Positions 50,643 through 62,302 of a stretch of 64,000 nucleotides of DNA are shown in pieces (the stretch's first letter is position 1; every line of letters starts with the position of its first letter). Origin of the DNA: Macrostomum lignano. Taxonomy: Eukaryota. Made by a program: the position numbers and the translations under genes. The notes below the pieces were generated by a model, which searched no databases, was not told the origin of the DNA, and worked only from the letters and a program-made list of their open reading frames with translations. Location: positions 62,001 through 126,000 of the forward strand of contig NIVC01001967.1 of assembly GCA_002269645.1 (NCBI GenBank), in the 5' to 3' direction.

Positions 50643-52276
50643 CCACAATCTCACCTCTGGACACACATGTTAGAAGCTGTATTTAAATCTCAGTGTGCAA
50701 CCTTTTTTATATATAAGGTTGATATATATAAAACCTACATAAACATATTTCTCTGACATTAGTTACCAGATTTCTTAAAAACTATAAACCTTCTATAGGT
50801 ATCAGTTTCTAGAACAAAATTTTGATTGATGAATGAATGAAATGGCAAGTTTTTAAAAGCAATTGTAACAAATAATTTAAGGATTTACTTTGGAAAGTCA
50901 GATTGGAGTTAAGACTAATTTTATTTGAGCTTCAACTTACAACAATATTTAAGCTTACTGGCAAATTTACAATTAGAATTTTAAGGGAAAATAAACCTTG
51001 CCCAAAAGTATAAATCTATACATATTTTTTGTCAAACAAAAGCAAAAATATTTCAAATTATAAGCCTCTTTTCTTGGAGCATGCCAAAAATTCACTTTTT
51101 TGTCAAATTTTGCCTTAAATGATTCTTTTGTTTTATATTTAATGCCCACAATGGCTTTATTATATTCTATCCATATCTTTATCCTTTATTTCTATATAAC
51201 ACTTGATAGGCTTATGTTTCCTGGTTTCTACATAGAAATATTTGTAGTGAACATTATTTTTTTCAAGTAAAGTAAATACTTTTCGATTTATCTAAGCAAA
51301 TATATTGGGAATATAATATAGCCTTAAATAAAAGAGTATACAATTCTACACTATGTAGATTCTTTTATTTTTTAAGGCTGGCATGCTAAATCTAACTTCA
51401 CGTGGGCACTTTGAAATAGTAAAATGGAGAAAACAGTTATACCATAGGGTAATCTTCAACCTTGATCATTTTTATACAAAATCTGAAAATGTTGGCAAAT
51501 ATACATATATGGCATCTTGATTATTATATTTCCATCTGCATATACATGTTTAGATGTATACATGCATCCAAATTTTGACGAAAAACCCTGATCCATACAA
51601 CACAAATACTTCAGCATTGGAAAAGCAACAGTTTCTCTTTTAAAAAACCTTGCAACCCTAAGTGACAGTGTCACAAATGTCCGAGACAAAACAATATGTT
51701 GCACGATTTAAAACGGATAGTTTTATTTTCCAATGATTCACTAAAAGCTTGAACTTTTAACTTCAACTAAAATGTACAAATACTTGAGGTTCGTCTCCTT
51801 GTACGCTTTTAATACCTCATTGAACTATTTAGCACGCTGCAGCTAATCGTTGTACACGATGCATGTGCACACTACGCGATAAAAGCCATAATTTGAAAGT
51901 CTGGAACGAGTGCACAAAAACAAAATTGCGAAATTAAAACTATGCATGGACTGCTTTATTTCATTAAATATGAATTAGGAAGTGTTCTAGACAAATTTAA
52001 TGCTTGTTCCTAACCGTACAACAGAAACTAAAGTGTCTGTAGAAGTGTCTGAATAAGTGTCGGCGAATGTTTCATACGTGTCTAATTTAGCGACCTTCGT
52101 AACATTTAAAATGTTACCTACGTTCCAGGAAAGTTAGTTTTAACAAAACTAATTGCAAATAGTGCAATTATATTATAAAATTAGCGTTGCAATGTAAATT
52201 AGTAAGGTTGGTTTGTTTGCTCAAACCTTTCTTTCTTTACTGAGTTTTGTGTCGTTTCGTCTAAGGATTAGACGAA

Positions 52277-53739
52277 GGCCCTCGTTATTTGTCGGCTGGC
52301 AGTTTTCGGCTGGCAGTTGTCGGCTGGCAGTTGTCGGCTGGCAGTTGTCGGCTGGCAGTTGTCGGCTGGCAGTTGTCGGCTGGCAGTTTTCCGGCTGGCA
52401 GTTGGGGTGCTCCCGGACAAAACATTACATGGCAAAAACGACAGCAACAGGTGTATGCACCTCTTTAAGGGGTGCCAGACTATATGGAAGGCATCTGCAC
52501 CTCTTCAAGGGGTGCCAGACTAGATGTACAGCATCTGCACCTCTTCAAGGGGTGCCAGACTAGATAGACAGCATTTGCACATTTTGTCGGGGCATGTAAG
52601 CCTAAGATAAACAGCATGTGTTCTTTTTTTAAAATTGTACAATATATAAATATATACTCATATATAAGAGGAAATGAAGACGAAAAGTATATTTTTATAT
52701 ATATTTTTTCATTTATAGTATATGCAAAAAAATAAAATACAGGTGTATTAAAATAATGAATGAAATATAAAATTCTCCATGGCAGTGACAACACCATAGC
52801 CTAGCTATTTGTGAATGCCAAAATTTTGCCTAAAAATTCATGCAATCTATGGGGCGCATATATAGCTACATGTAGTATGGATCTCATTGAAACCTTTGAC
52901 CTAGTATATACATGTATATGTAGATGCTGAAATTACTTTCAGAAAAATTTTCCATATGAAAATTTGTGTTGGTATACTTGCATGAGTTGGTATAATTTAA
53001 TTTGCCATTGCAACGTCACGTCAACGCCTTCACGCGGGCCAGACTCACTTACCTCGGGCCACACACATCTATTACTGAAGCGTGCAAACCCGAAAACTTT
53101 AATCAGCTCATGCGCTACCTTCGGGCCACCCGCAGGGCTGAACTCTCCTTTCCAGAGAGCACCATAGCTGCTGGCGACACTGGGGGACCTCCCTGGGCGG
53201 CGCCAACCCTCCGTCCATAGCGACGCGTCGGCCGTTCAGGGACTAGCGGAATGGGCGCCCGCGCCTTCCCGCTGTGTCCCCTCCGGGACAGCCCTGCAGC
53301 TAAGTCAAGTAAGTCAAGAGCATAAACAATAAGTAAAATGTAGTTTAAAATGTGTGAAACTGAGGACCTATATACTAGAAGTTTGATTCTCCACTATTCA
53401 GATTAGTTTCTGGTCTTAAGCGTACATTATGATAGAATTTTCGAACTGTCTCTTAAATACTTTGCTGCTGCTAATTCTAATTTTAAACAATGTAGCAATA
53501 AAAACTGTAATAAGCGGTTTCCGCTTTTGCTTTTCAATAAAATATTAAATTTGGTCTAAGTCACTTATTTTTTTCCTTTGGCTTTAGGCGCAGCTATATG
53601 CCGACCAACCTGATAAATTACCGTTAGAGCCATTAGGCTATTTTTGGTATACCGGAGGAATAACGCCAGTGTTATTTATCCGGCGCCGGACAAATAACGC
53701 AAACGTTATATCTCCGGTACCGGACAAATAACGAGGGCC
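52277..53739. mobile_element. Non-autonomous Mutator-type element (1463 bp)
   Basis: 17-bp perfect TIR GGCCCTCGTTATTTGTC / GACAAATAACGAGGGCC; perfect 9-bp TSD TTAGACGAA (52268-52276, 53740-53748); internal 14-bp (GTCGGCTGGCAGTT) and about 40-bp tandem repeats. Confidence 0.9.
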
Positions 53740-54555
53740 TTAGACGAAAGGCATTCGACGAAACAACAGGATACCGATACACAATATATTAAGCCTAAGT
53801 TATTTTAGATTAGTGAGGCAAAATGAGATTAAAAATGAGTTTTTTTGTTAATTGTCTAATAAAATGGCAATCAATGCATTGCTTAGCTTAGTTAGGATTA
53901 GACGATTAGCAAGCCTAAAAATATTTTTATGTTCTGTTTTCACTGCCAAAATATACTAGCGGCCTACTACTGTTTTTTGCTTGATAATATCTTGGGCTAG
54001 GCCTACTTCTATTTAATTTCTACTTTACAATTTGAACTGTGACTGTAAGTAATCAAATTACCTAGTCTAGCTAGGTAAAATATAAAAATTCCCTGAAAAT
54101 CCCGCACGAAACGACCTTCGCCCGTGACGGAATATCGTTGCGACTATTTGGAAGAGTATAACGAAAGTTTTGTTTTCCACTACAAATTTTGAGTCTAAAA
54201 ACTCATTAGAGATTTAATTGTGTTCTTATGTAATTTTTATTTGCAAAATTTATATACTAAGTCTATTGTAAAGGTTCTATTGTTTATGCCCCTTCTTTAA
54301 CTTTTAACTTAAGCCATTGTCGCCCATTTAACTATATTAAAGCATAGAGCTTACTGATTATTGATACTGATACTGATTGAGCGTAAATCACATTGAATAA
54401 AACTAACGCTTTGTTGGTAATATTAGTGGATAAAATACCGTTTTTTATAACCAATACATTCATTTATGGCCTAGCTTATAATTCATTCTCTCTCTCTCTC
54501 TCTCTTCTATGCCATTTAACAAAATACTAATAGGGCAGTGAAATTATTTTTGGAA

Positions 54556-57500
54556 ATGAAGCAGAAAGATGCCGTCACAATACCAGTTCTTCCATGGTAC
54601 TACGGACCATTATCAAGGCAAGATGCTGAAGGACTTCTGAAAGAGTCTAATATTGGAACATTTTTGATCCGCGAAAGTGTAAATTTTCCAGGTGACTATA
54701 CTTTGTGCATTTCGCACAATGGCAGTGTTGAGCACTATAGAATACTTCATGTTGTAAGTATATTGATTACCTTTCAGTCGTTTTAAAATATGTATTTGAT
54801 TATTTTATTTTATTTTTATTTCAAACTGATCTTTAATTATCACACACACAAAACATAATACATACTATATACACCATGTTGTCTTGTTGATAAATATATT
54901 TATTTGCTTGTTTGCATAGCTATCTTGCTTTTTATACTAAGCTAAATACTTGTAACTAATTAGGCCCTATAATTAAAATATCCATGTCACCTTTATTTGA
55001 AGAGCTAATAAAGGCTAAAAAGGTAACAATTTTCTTAAAACATTTTGATTAAGCCTTCAAGGATTTTATTTCTTAAGTTTTAAAGAGCTTTCATTTTCAA
55101 TATTTCATTCTCTGCAATCTCCTAGACCAACTATGACAAAGAAATCAACTTTTTAACCAAAATTTTTCTTATAAAATGGTTATCTTCAAGCTTTTATCCA
55201 TTCAACAATCTATAGGCCTAAATTGATTTCTGTTAAAGTTAATCAAAAATAAACTAAAAAGTTTTTTTAATATAATGCATTCATAATTCGTTATATATAA
55301 ACAATTGAGTACTGTTTTTCTAAACTTTGTAGCAAATATAATAAAGGGTATTGCCATACATGCACAATAGTCGGCTGAGTCAGCCAATCTGGCCAACCAA
55401 GGAAGTCGCAAAAATGCCCACCCAAAAAAACACCCAAGTAGTAGTACTAAGTAGCTGATGAGGCATTTTGCTTAATAAGACAGTCATAGTTACTCCTGCC
55501 ATTTACCCAAAGTTTTGTTAATTTTGCTTTAGGGTTTCTTTACATGTAAGTCACATTTTTGACCAAAAACTACATTGCATTTTTGTTAAAACTAAGTTGC
55601 ATGGCTGACCGAATTTTGGAGATTGTGCATGTATGGGTATTGCAAAAGTTCCAAACTATATTCATTATGCATAATAGGATTGTCTAAATAAGATAAAGTT
55701 TTATCAATTGATTTTTCATATTTGTTTTATTGAGTATAACATTTCATAGCAAGTCAACAATACTATTTGCTTGCCAAAGTGATTAGCAATAAAAAACTAT
55801 ACCTAATATTTTTTAACACAAATTTAAAGTTTGCACTTTTTATATAAGCAAAACAGCATATTGGTATTAAAAAGTATTGTGGGTATATCTTTAAATGACA
55901 GTTTAATTAGCTAATAAGTGAATAAATTATTGAATTATATTTATTGCTTTTCCTTTGCTTCTTTATATAATGTTACATGCATGCATTTGGGCCATTGACA
56001 AAAATAATAGACAAAGCCATAGACCCCTTAGCAAACTTTCAAACTCATGTTAAAATTCTCTTGGGTAGGCCTTAAATTTTGGTAGGCAAATGGTATTGCT
56101 ATAAAATTTTATATTTGAATAAAAATGTAAAATAAGATATAGATAAAATTCTAACTTATTTAAATAATCCTATTGTTCTCAATAAACACAGTCTAAAAAA
56201 ACTTTTGCAATAACTATCATACTGATGTAGCTGATTCATGTATAGTTTAAAAAGAGTTATAAAATCAAAATTATCAACTAAAATTGGATTCTTTCAATAT
56301 TTAAGTATATATAAACTATAGAATTCAAAGGCCACTAGTATTAAAAATTGATACTAAAATATTTTTATAGAATAAGTATTTTCTTTAGATACAAAAACCT
56401 GAAATGTATGGTTTGATATTAGCTATAAATATATATCAGAAATAAGCCAATAACCATAGAACAGGGAATGGCAAAGGAGACAGCGCTTGACATTTGAATT
56501 TATTGCTTTATTACACTTTAGAAGCTATATAGAAAGTAATTTTCCCACAAAATTTTTTTATTTACTATGTTTATATGTTATAGTCAATGGAATTCTTGTC
56601 TACTTAGCAAAATTTCAGTGTCTTATATAAGATAAGAATTATTGACTTGAAGCCATTTTGGAGTGACTTAGTTATCAAGTTTAATAATGGCTCCATTCAA
56701 TAATATGCAAACTCCTGCCTACAGGCCATATTCAGTCTGCAAAGCCTCTCTATTAAGCCATCAGGTCCTGTTGACACTTCATAATAACAATCCAGCCTCC
56801 TGGAGGTCTGTCTCTTCTCAGCTCTCTTTTCTCCCCTATTTCCTTTTAGCTCTCGTCCCATCTATCCTATCATTTCGTCTCTCTTCTCTCTTAGCCAGAG
56901 GTGCTGAACACGTATAGTTTTGCATAGCAGCATTCGCGCGCATAGTTATTTCAATATAATGAAAATTCTCATAATCTCCCGCCGACAAAATGGCATGCAG
57001 AACAATTCCTACACATTGGATGAGGAGGAACTGTTTGACACTCTGGAGGCGCTGGTGCAGCACTATTCGAGGCGGGACGATGGACTCTGCTGTACACTGC
57101 GCTCGCCTTTGGAGAAACTCGGGCCGCTGGTGTCGCCAGGTGGCATCGAATGCTTTCAGAGCACCGGCTGGCTCATTGAGGGTGCCGAACTCACAATCGA
57201 GGGCTCCATTGGGCGCGGCGATTTTGCCGAAGTTTGCAAGGTTTGAATGGCATCAACGCCTTTGAATTCTTTTTGCACAAAGCTATCAAATAAGTGGGAT
57301 TGTGGCGCACACTGAAAGACACCTGGTACTTTGTCTATTTGGGTTTTACATAAAATAATAGTAATACTTGAAGTACTTGGATTACAGGGCAGTTGCAACT
57401 AAGTCTTTGACACCTAAAATGAAATGTGAGCAGAGTTCTTTAGACTGTCCAATGACTCAAAGCTTCGAACCATTTTGAATAGCGAGACAAGCCTTGGAAA

Positions 57501-58748
57501 AATAGTTTATCTCAGGGGCCAAGTTAGAAATCCAACTCATGGTTGTAGGTCTGATGAGAGAGGAGAGGAGAAAAATAGGAATGAGGAGGTGAGAAAAGAG
57601 AGTAGAAAAAATATAATAGGAGATATGAGAGAAGAGAGAAGGGAGATGACAAGATAAATGAGATAAATGAAAGGAGAGAAAACGGGAGAGAGGAGAGAAG
57701 AGAAGAGAGAAGGGGCAGCAAGGAGAGAACAGAGCAGAGGGCAGAAGATAGAAGAGATAAGATTGGAGATAGGACAGAGCAGAGAAGAGGAGAGAGGAGA
57801 AAAGAGGGGAGAGAACAGAGAAGAAGAGAGGAGAGAGAGGAGGAAGCAGAAGGAGAGAAGAGAGAAAGAAGCCGAGAAGAGGCATCAACCTTGAGCGAGT
57901 CGCATTGCTATTGTGAAGTCTCCAAAGACCTGAAGGCTTATAGTGGCTTTGCCGACCCCTGAGTTATACGATAAATTCTTCTAACTGAACCTGCGCAGGC
58001 CAAACTGAACGGCTCCTCAGTGGCAGCCAAGGTGATCAAGCAGCTCAGCGAGTCCTCGGTGCTCGGTCTGCACGAAGCCTCGGCCATGACCATAGCCGGC
58101 ATTCACCCAAACCTGGTGCGCTTCATCGGCCTTGTCAGCGAGCCGGCTGCTGAGTGCCTGTACCTGCTCACCGAGTTCTGCCCGGGCGGCTGCCTGCTGA
58201 ACTGGCTGCGCACCCGCGGCCAGGCCCAGCTCGACCAGCGCCAGCAGCTCAGCTTGGCTATCAACATTGCCAGCGCTGTGCAGTACCTGCAGCTCCGCCA
58301 GCTTATTCACCGAGACATCGCCTGTTGCAACGTGTTCATCACTGGTGAGCCGGGCATCGCCAAGCTGGGCGACTTCGGCATGAGCCGCCGCGTTGACCAG
58401 TGCGAGCGCACCGGCCGACTACCCGTGAAGTGGACGGCGCCCGAGGCCATTCTGAACAGCGAGTTCAGCTTCGCCTCGGACATCTGGTCTCTGGGCGTGT
58501 TTCTCTGGGAACTGTACTCGTTTGGCCGCCTGCCTTACCCGGGCATCCGCGTCAAGGATGTGGTCAGCGAGGTGGAGTCCGGCTACCAGCTGCCGCCGCC
58601 CAAAGACTGTCCGGTGCCCGTGTACGAGTGCATGCGGCGCACCTGGCAGCTCGACCCGCAGCAGCGCCCGTCCGCAGACGATGTCCTGGTGACTCTGAAT
58701 AGGGAGTACAATTTGCTGCTAGGCCGAGGCTGTTCTGCGGACAATTGA
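54556..58748 (+). CDS. CSK: Csk-like non-receptor tyrosine kinase (SH2 + kinase; no SH3 found), 3 exons, about 395 aa
   Basis: Exons 54556(acceptor 54534)-54753, 57001-57240, 57999-58748, all phase 0. SH2 PWYYG...FLIRESVNFPGDYTLCISHNGSVEHYRI; LDEEELFDTLEALVQHY...DGLC; IGRGDFAEV; VAAK; HRDIACCN; DFG; GRLPVKWTAPEA. Confidence 0.88.
55355..55635. mobile_element. hAT-type MITE (281 bp) in Csk intron 1
   Basis: Perfect 14-bp TIR CATACATGCACAAT; perfect 8-bp TSD GGTATTGC; homologous to 34670-34968. Confidence 0.9.
57560..57890. repeat. Purine-rich (AG) low-complexity tract in Csk intron 2
   Basis: About 330 bp almost entirely A/G on the + strand. Confidence 0.85.
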
Positions 58749-60400
58749 AGTACGCTCGTACTTTAATCTGGTGACTCAATCTGATCTAAACAGACATGAT
58801 TGCTTCATTGGTGACAGTGAAGTTTACAATTATGTGAATAGTAACTGTTAGAGCAGTAGCTATTTGTGCATATCCTTGAACTTTTGTTTCTTTTTCGGTG
58901 TGCGAATGGGTTCTGTCTGAATTTTTGGAATCTGTCTCAAAGCAGCCACGAGTGCTTGCCACTGTTGATTTAATTGTTGCTACCGTGTGCGGCTATCTCT
59001 CTCTTACTAATTATTTTAACCTCTGCTTGTTCCTGCCCACTAGGAATTTCCCACCTGTGTCAATTCATGTGCGTCCTGGCGTATTCAAGTGTGCAAATTC
59101 AGTGAACTGCGCAATTGCGTAAAGTTTTTAACCGTTTTCGATATTGCCTTGTGTGACTTTCATTAAATTTTTAGTCTGCGTTGCTATGCTATCCAGCCAT
59201 ATGCGATTCCGAAGATTGATTTCTAAGTGCTGCTATATGATTCAAGGAACACTTTTTCTGCCATAAGTATGTTCAAGTTAGTTTTACATGAAAAGAATGT
59301 ACATACGATCTTGAGCTAAATCATTGAGCTAAATTTGATGGTTCATTTCTATTAAGAACTGCTGGTCCGCTTTGAGCCATTATTCTGTCGCGTGCTTACT
59401 GTACTCTGCGAGTCGAATTTTAATAAGCGCATCATTCGTTCTTCCATTGTAAATTTGCTTCTAAAATAGGCGTAAAACTGAATGATTTTTTTGCTTTCGA
59501 GAACAAACCCTGTAGTTGAATTGCTTTCTGTCTGTTGTGCACATATCTCAGGATTATTATCCACGAGTTTTTGCACGCCAATACGACCGTTCTAAACATT
59601 CCGTTATAACAAACCAATGCATTAATTTTATACGCGTGCTATTTAATTACCGACACGTTAACCAAGCTAGAAGCGTTTGTTTATATTTTTCTGTATCAGT
59701 CTTCAAATTGACTTTGGTCGCATCATTCCCACAAGCACCGTTGCTTGCAAACTGAGTCCAGTCTATTCAAGTGTCCAAATGCCGGTTTCACATTACCGAC
59801 AGTAGTTAGGCGAGCCCAAAGATTTCTCTAATCTCTATTTGACCCGTCTATATGCTATGTACTTTTATTTTCATTATTTTGTAAGCCGATTGATACATGA
59901 GCCATAGATTTTAGCTGCTAGGCTGGATGACCCATTGCCCCCCAGTATGCAGCGGGAGAAAAGATACGAACCTCCTTCCTGTACTGCTGTCCGATTTTAG
60001 TGCCAATAAATTATAACAAAAACCACTCTCAAATTTGCGAGTACTTTTATTCGCCACCTTTTTTCGTTGATTAATAAATAACAGTGAATTTTTTATAATT
60101 TGAAAGAACTAAGACAATCGGCCGATGAGCAGTGTTTCAAATTTGCTAATTTATATTTTGTTAAAAAACTAATTATGAACTTTAGGCGCAAGTGCGCAAC
60201 TGAGGAACCATATTTAATTTTTGCTAGAAAGTTGTGAGCTTTCGGCGACATCGTCCCACATCCGGCGCTGAGGCAATTCTGCCCATTTCGCTAGCTTCTG
60301 AGCGCATACATACAAGCGTGCCAATGCTGTACCATGATGTTGACAACTGTACTACACTTAGAAATCTTAGAAATGAGCTGGAGGCCGCGGTAAGAACGTA

Positions 60401-61035
60401 TATACTCAGCAACAGTCAAAAGTTCCACCCTCCAAATTGCGAAAACTTCACACTCACAATTCAACCCTCAAGTTACGCAACTAAGCCGCCGCGAGGAAGG
60501 GAAAGTTGATTGACTATCAATAATAGTAGTAAAATCATAAATTTTTTATGCAATATTCAGTTAGAATCGTGATGCGTGTGGGATCCCCTCGCACGCAGAA
60601 GTGCGACGACTCTGCGGGGCATCCCAATTATGAGGCGGCGCAGAAAGTCCTGAGGGAGTCGCTCCCAAGCGTTTTCAATGGCATGACGCAGAGCTCTCCG
60701 CAACATTATAAGGTGGATTCTCTTTTCGAATGCTACGTTTTAGGAAGTCCCAGACATGCTCGATGGGATTCATGTCTGGGGACCGGGAAGGCCAGCGCAG
60801 AGTGCGCAGCTGTAGCTGTTCCTTCAGTTGACTAACAGCATCGGCTTGGTGTGGCGGGGCGTTGTTCCTGGGCTTGAGTCTGCTTAATGTCCATGCAGGC
60901 CTTGGACCATTAAGCAGACCCAAGCCACCCCCAAGCGGCAATAAGCTTTGCGCGTGCCGTAGGTTGCGTCACTCGCAATAAGTGAAAAAATCATCTCGCT
61001 TAGTGGGGTGGAACTTTTGACTGCTGCTGAGTATA
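60401..61035 (-). mobile_element. Internally deleted Tc1/mariner element
   Basis: TIR TATACTCAGCAACAGTCAAAAGTTCCACC / GGTGGAACTTTTGACTGCTGCTGAGTATA with TA at both ends. The minus-strand remnant NNAPPH...WPSRSPDMNPIEHVWD matches the Tc1 catalytic-E motif. Confidence 0.9.
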
Positions 61036-61200
61036 TTTCTCCTATTACATGTGCTAGTGAATTTTTTGCAATAAAATGCGCTCGAGGACGCATAGAGCTG
61101 AAAGGGGTTTTGCCATAGACAAATTTGGTCGAGAAAAAACTGCACCACAAAATATCCGGTTTCTCTAAGGCATACTAAATGCACTAGCAATACGACAATT

Positions 61201-61296
61201 TACTCAGCAACATTGAAAAGCTGAGTAAATCTCAAAAGTGGCGACCACAGGTAGAATCTGAAGTCTGTGATGGCGACTTTTCGATGTTGCTGAGTA
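61201..61296. mobile_element. 96-bp Tc1-type micro-MITE
   Basis: 20-bp TIR TACTCAGCAACATTGAAAAG / CTTTTCGATGTTGCTGAGTA (one mismatch), sharing the terminus TACTCAGCAAC with the neighbouring Tc1 derivative. Confidence 0.8.
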
Positions 61297-62302
61297 TACG
61301 TTATATAGTTTTAACGACCTACTTCACGACCTTGTCCACGTACTGTACGCACGCTCACCACACAGGGTGTACAGCGGCCCCGACTTTCTAATCATCAGGC
61401 ATGTACAATCCCTGTCCCGGGGGGGTTACATCCTTGTGGGTGTGAATCGCACGACAGCCCCTACCAAATTTTCGTGCAAAAATTCAAAATTCTTTTTTTC
61501 AACTCCTAACCACAGTTAATACGGCTCATTTGAGTTTTTGCTTGTAAGTGACGTAAACTAAGAGCCATAAAATTAAGCAATCAATTTTCATTTTTGGCCA
61601 TCAATTCTAAACCTCAGTAGCTAGCCTGTACTGTGTCATAATAAAGTTATCAGATTTTTGCCGTCGCTCAAAACTGTCTGCACACATTTTCTCTTCCCTC
61701 TTCCCTCTCCTCTATTCCCTTTACTTTCCTCTCACCTGGCCCGCAGCCAAGTGAGCTGAATTCTTTATCTGGCCCTTCAGGCTAATAAAGAATCCATTTT
61801 TCTGTAGGAATATGTTCAGAAAGTCGCGTCTAGAAGGATTTAATCTAGCTCCTATATTTACTCAGCTAGTACGGTCTTTTGACTGATACCAGAGAAATGT
61901 ATAGCAGCTAGTGTAATCCATGCATTTATGAATTCTCGGGTTCAGATCGAATTACAACAACAACCAGCAGGTCAACTCTTAACTGACAATCTGACATTAC
62001 CATTTTTCACAAATTTTAAACGTCATTAAATTACAAAATCAAAACAATTACGAGTACCTAGGTACCTATCAAATAGTACAATTGAGGTCGTCAAGTTACA
62101 AAAGGTGACAGATGCCATTGCAACTATAGTTACTCGTAACTTTTAATAAATAATACCGCTAAGAACACAGCCAAAAAATAAAATATTTATTAAAAAATAC
62201 ATACATAGACGAACCTTTAAAGATCAACCAACAAAAATGCACTCGACATGCAGGGTTCTTACCGATACCTGCTTCGAAAGTTTAATTATATCAAGCACTG
62301 CT

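Larger units (their letters stand above)
44043..52080 (-). mobile_element. 8.0-kb foldback DNA transposon, Mutator/NOF-FB-like, with 2.5/2.8-kb inverted arms
   Basis: Ends CACGTATGAAACATTCGCCG...CGGCGAATGTTTCATACGTG. Left arm 44043-46557 is the reverse complement of right arm 49238-52080, identical where spot-checked except for tandem array length. Flanks CCTAATT / TCTAATT suggest a 7-bp TSD. It encodes a DDE transposase. Confidence 0.93.

Noticed and set aside
45367-50756. Many PTAYQLHTN / WYGVGM ORFs
   Set aside because: Translations of the CCAAC arrays in the transposon arms.
44043-52080. Classification as Galileo/P element or Transib/RAG-like from the TSD and CAC ends
   Set aside because: No THAP domain, and the DATG / DFSW / CxxH / TNxxVE motifs fit a Mutator/NOF-like core better.
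44043-52080. Whole structure as a palindromic read or assembly artefact
   Set aside because: It has matched termini with an apparent TSD, a unique 2.7-kb spacer, unequal arrays and a diverged third copy; disfavoured but not excluded without raw reads.
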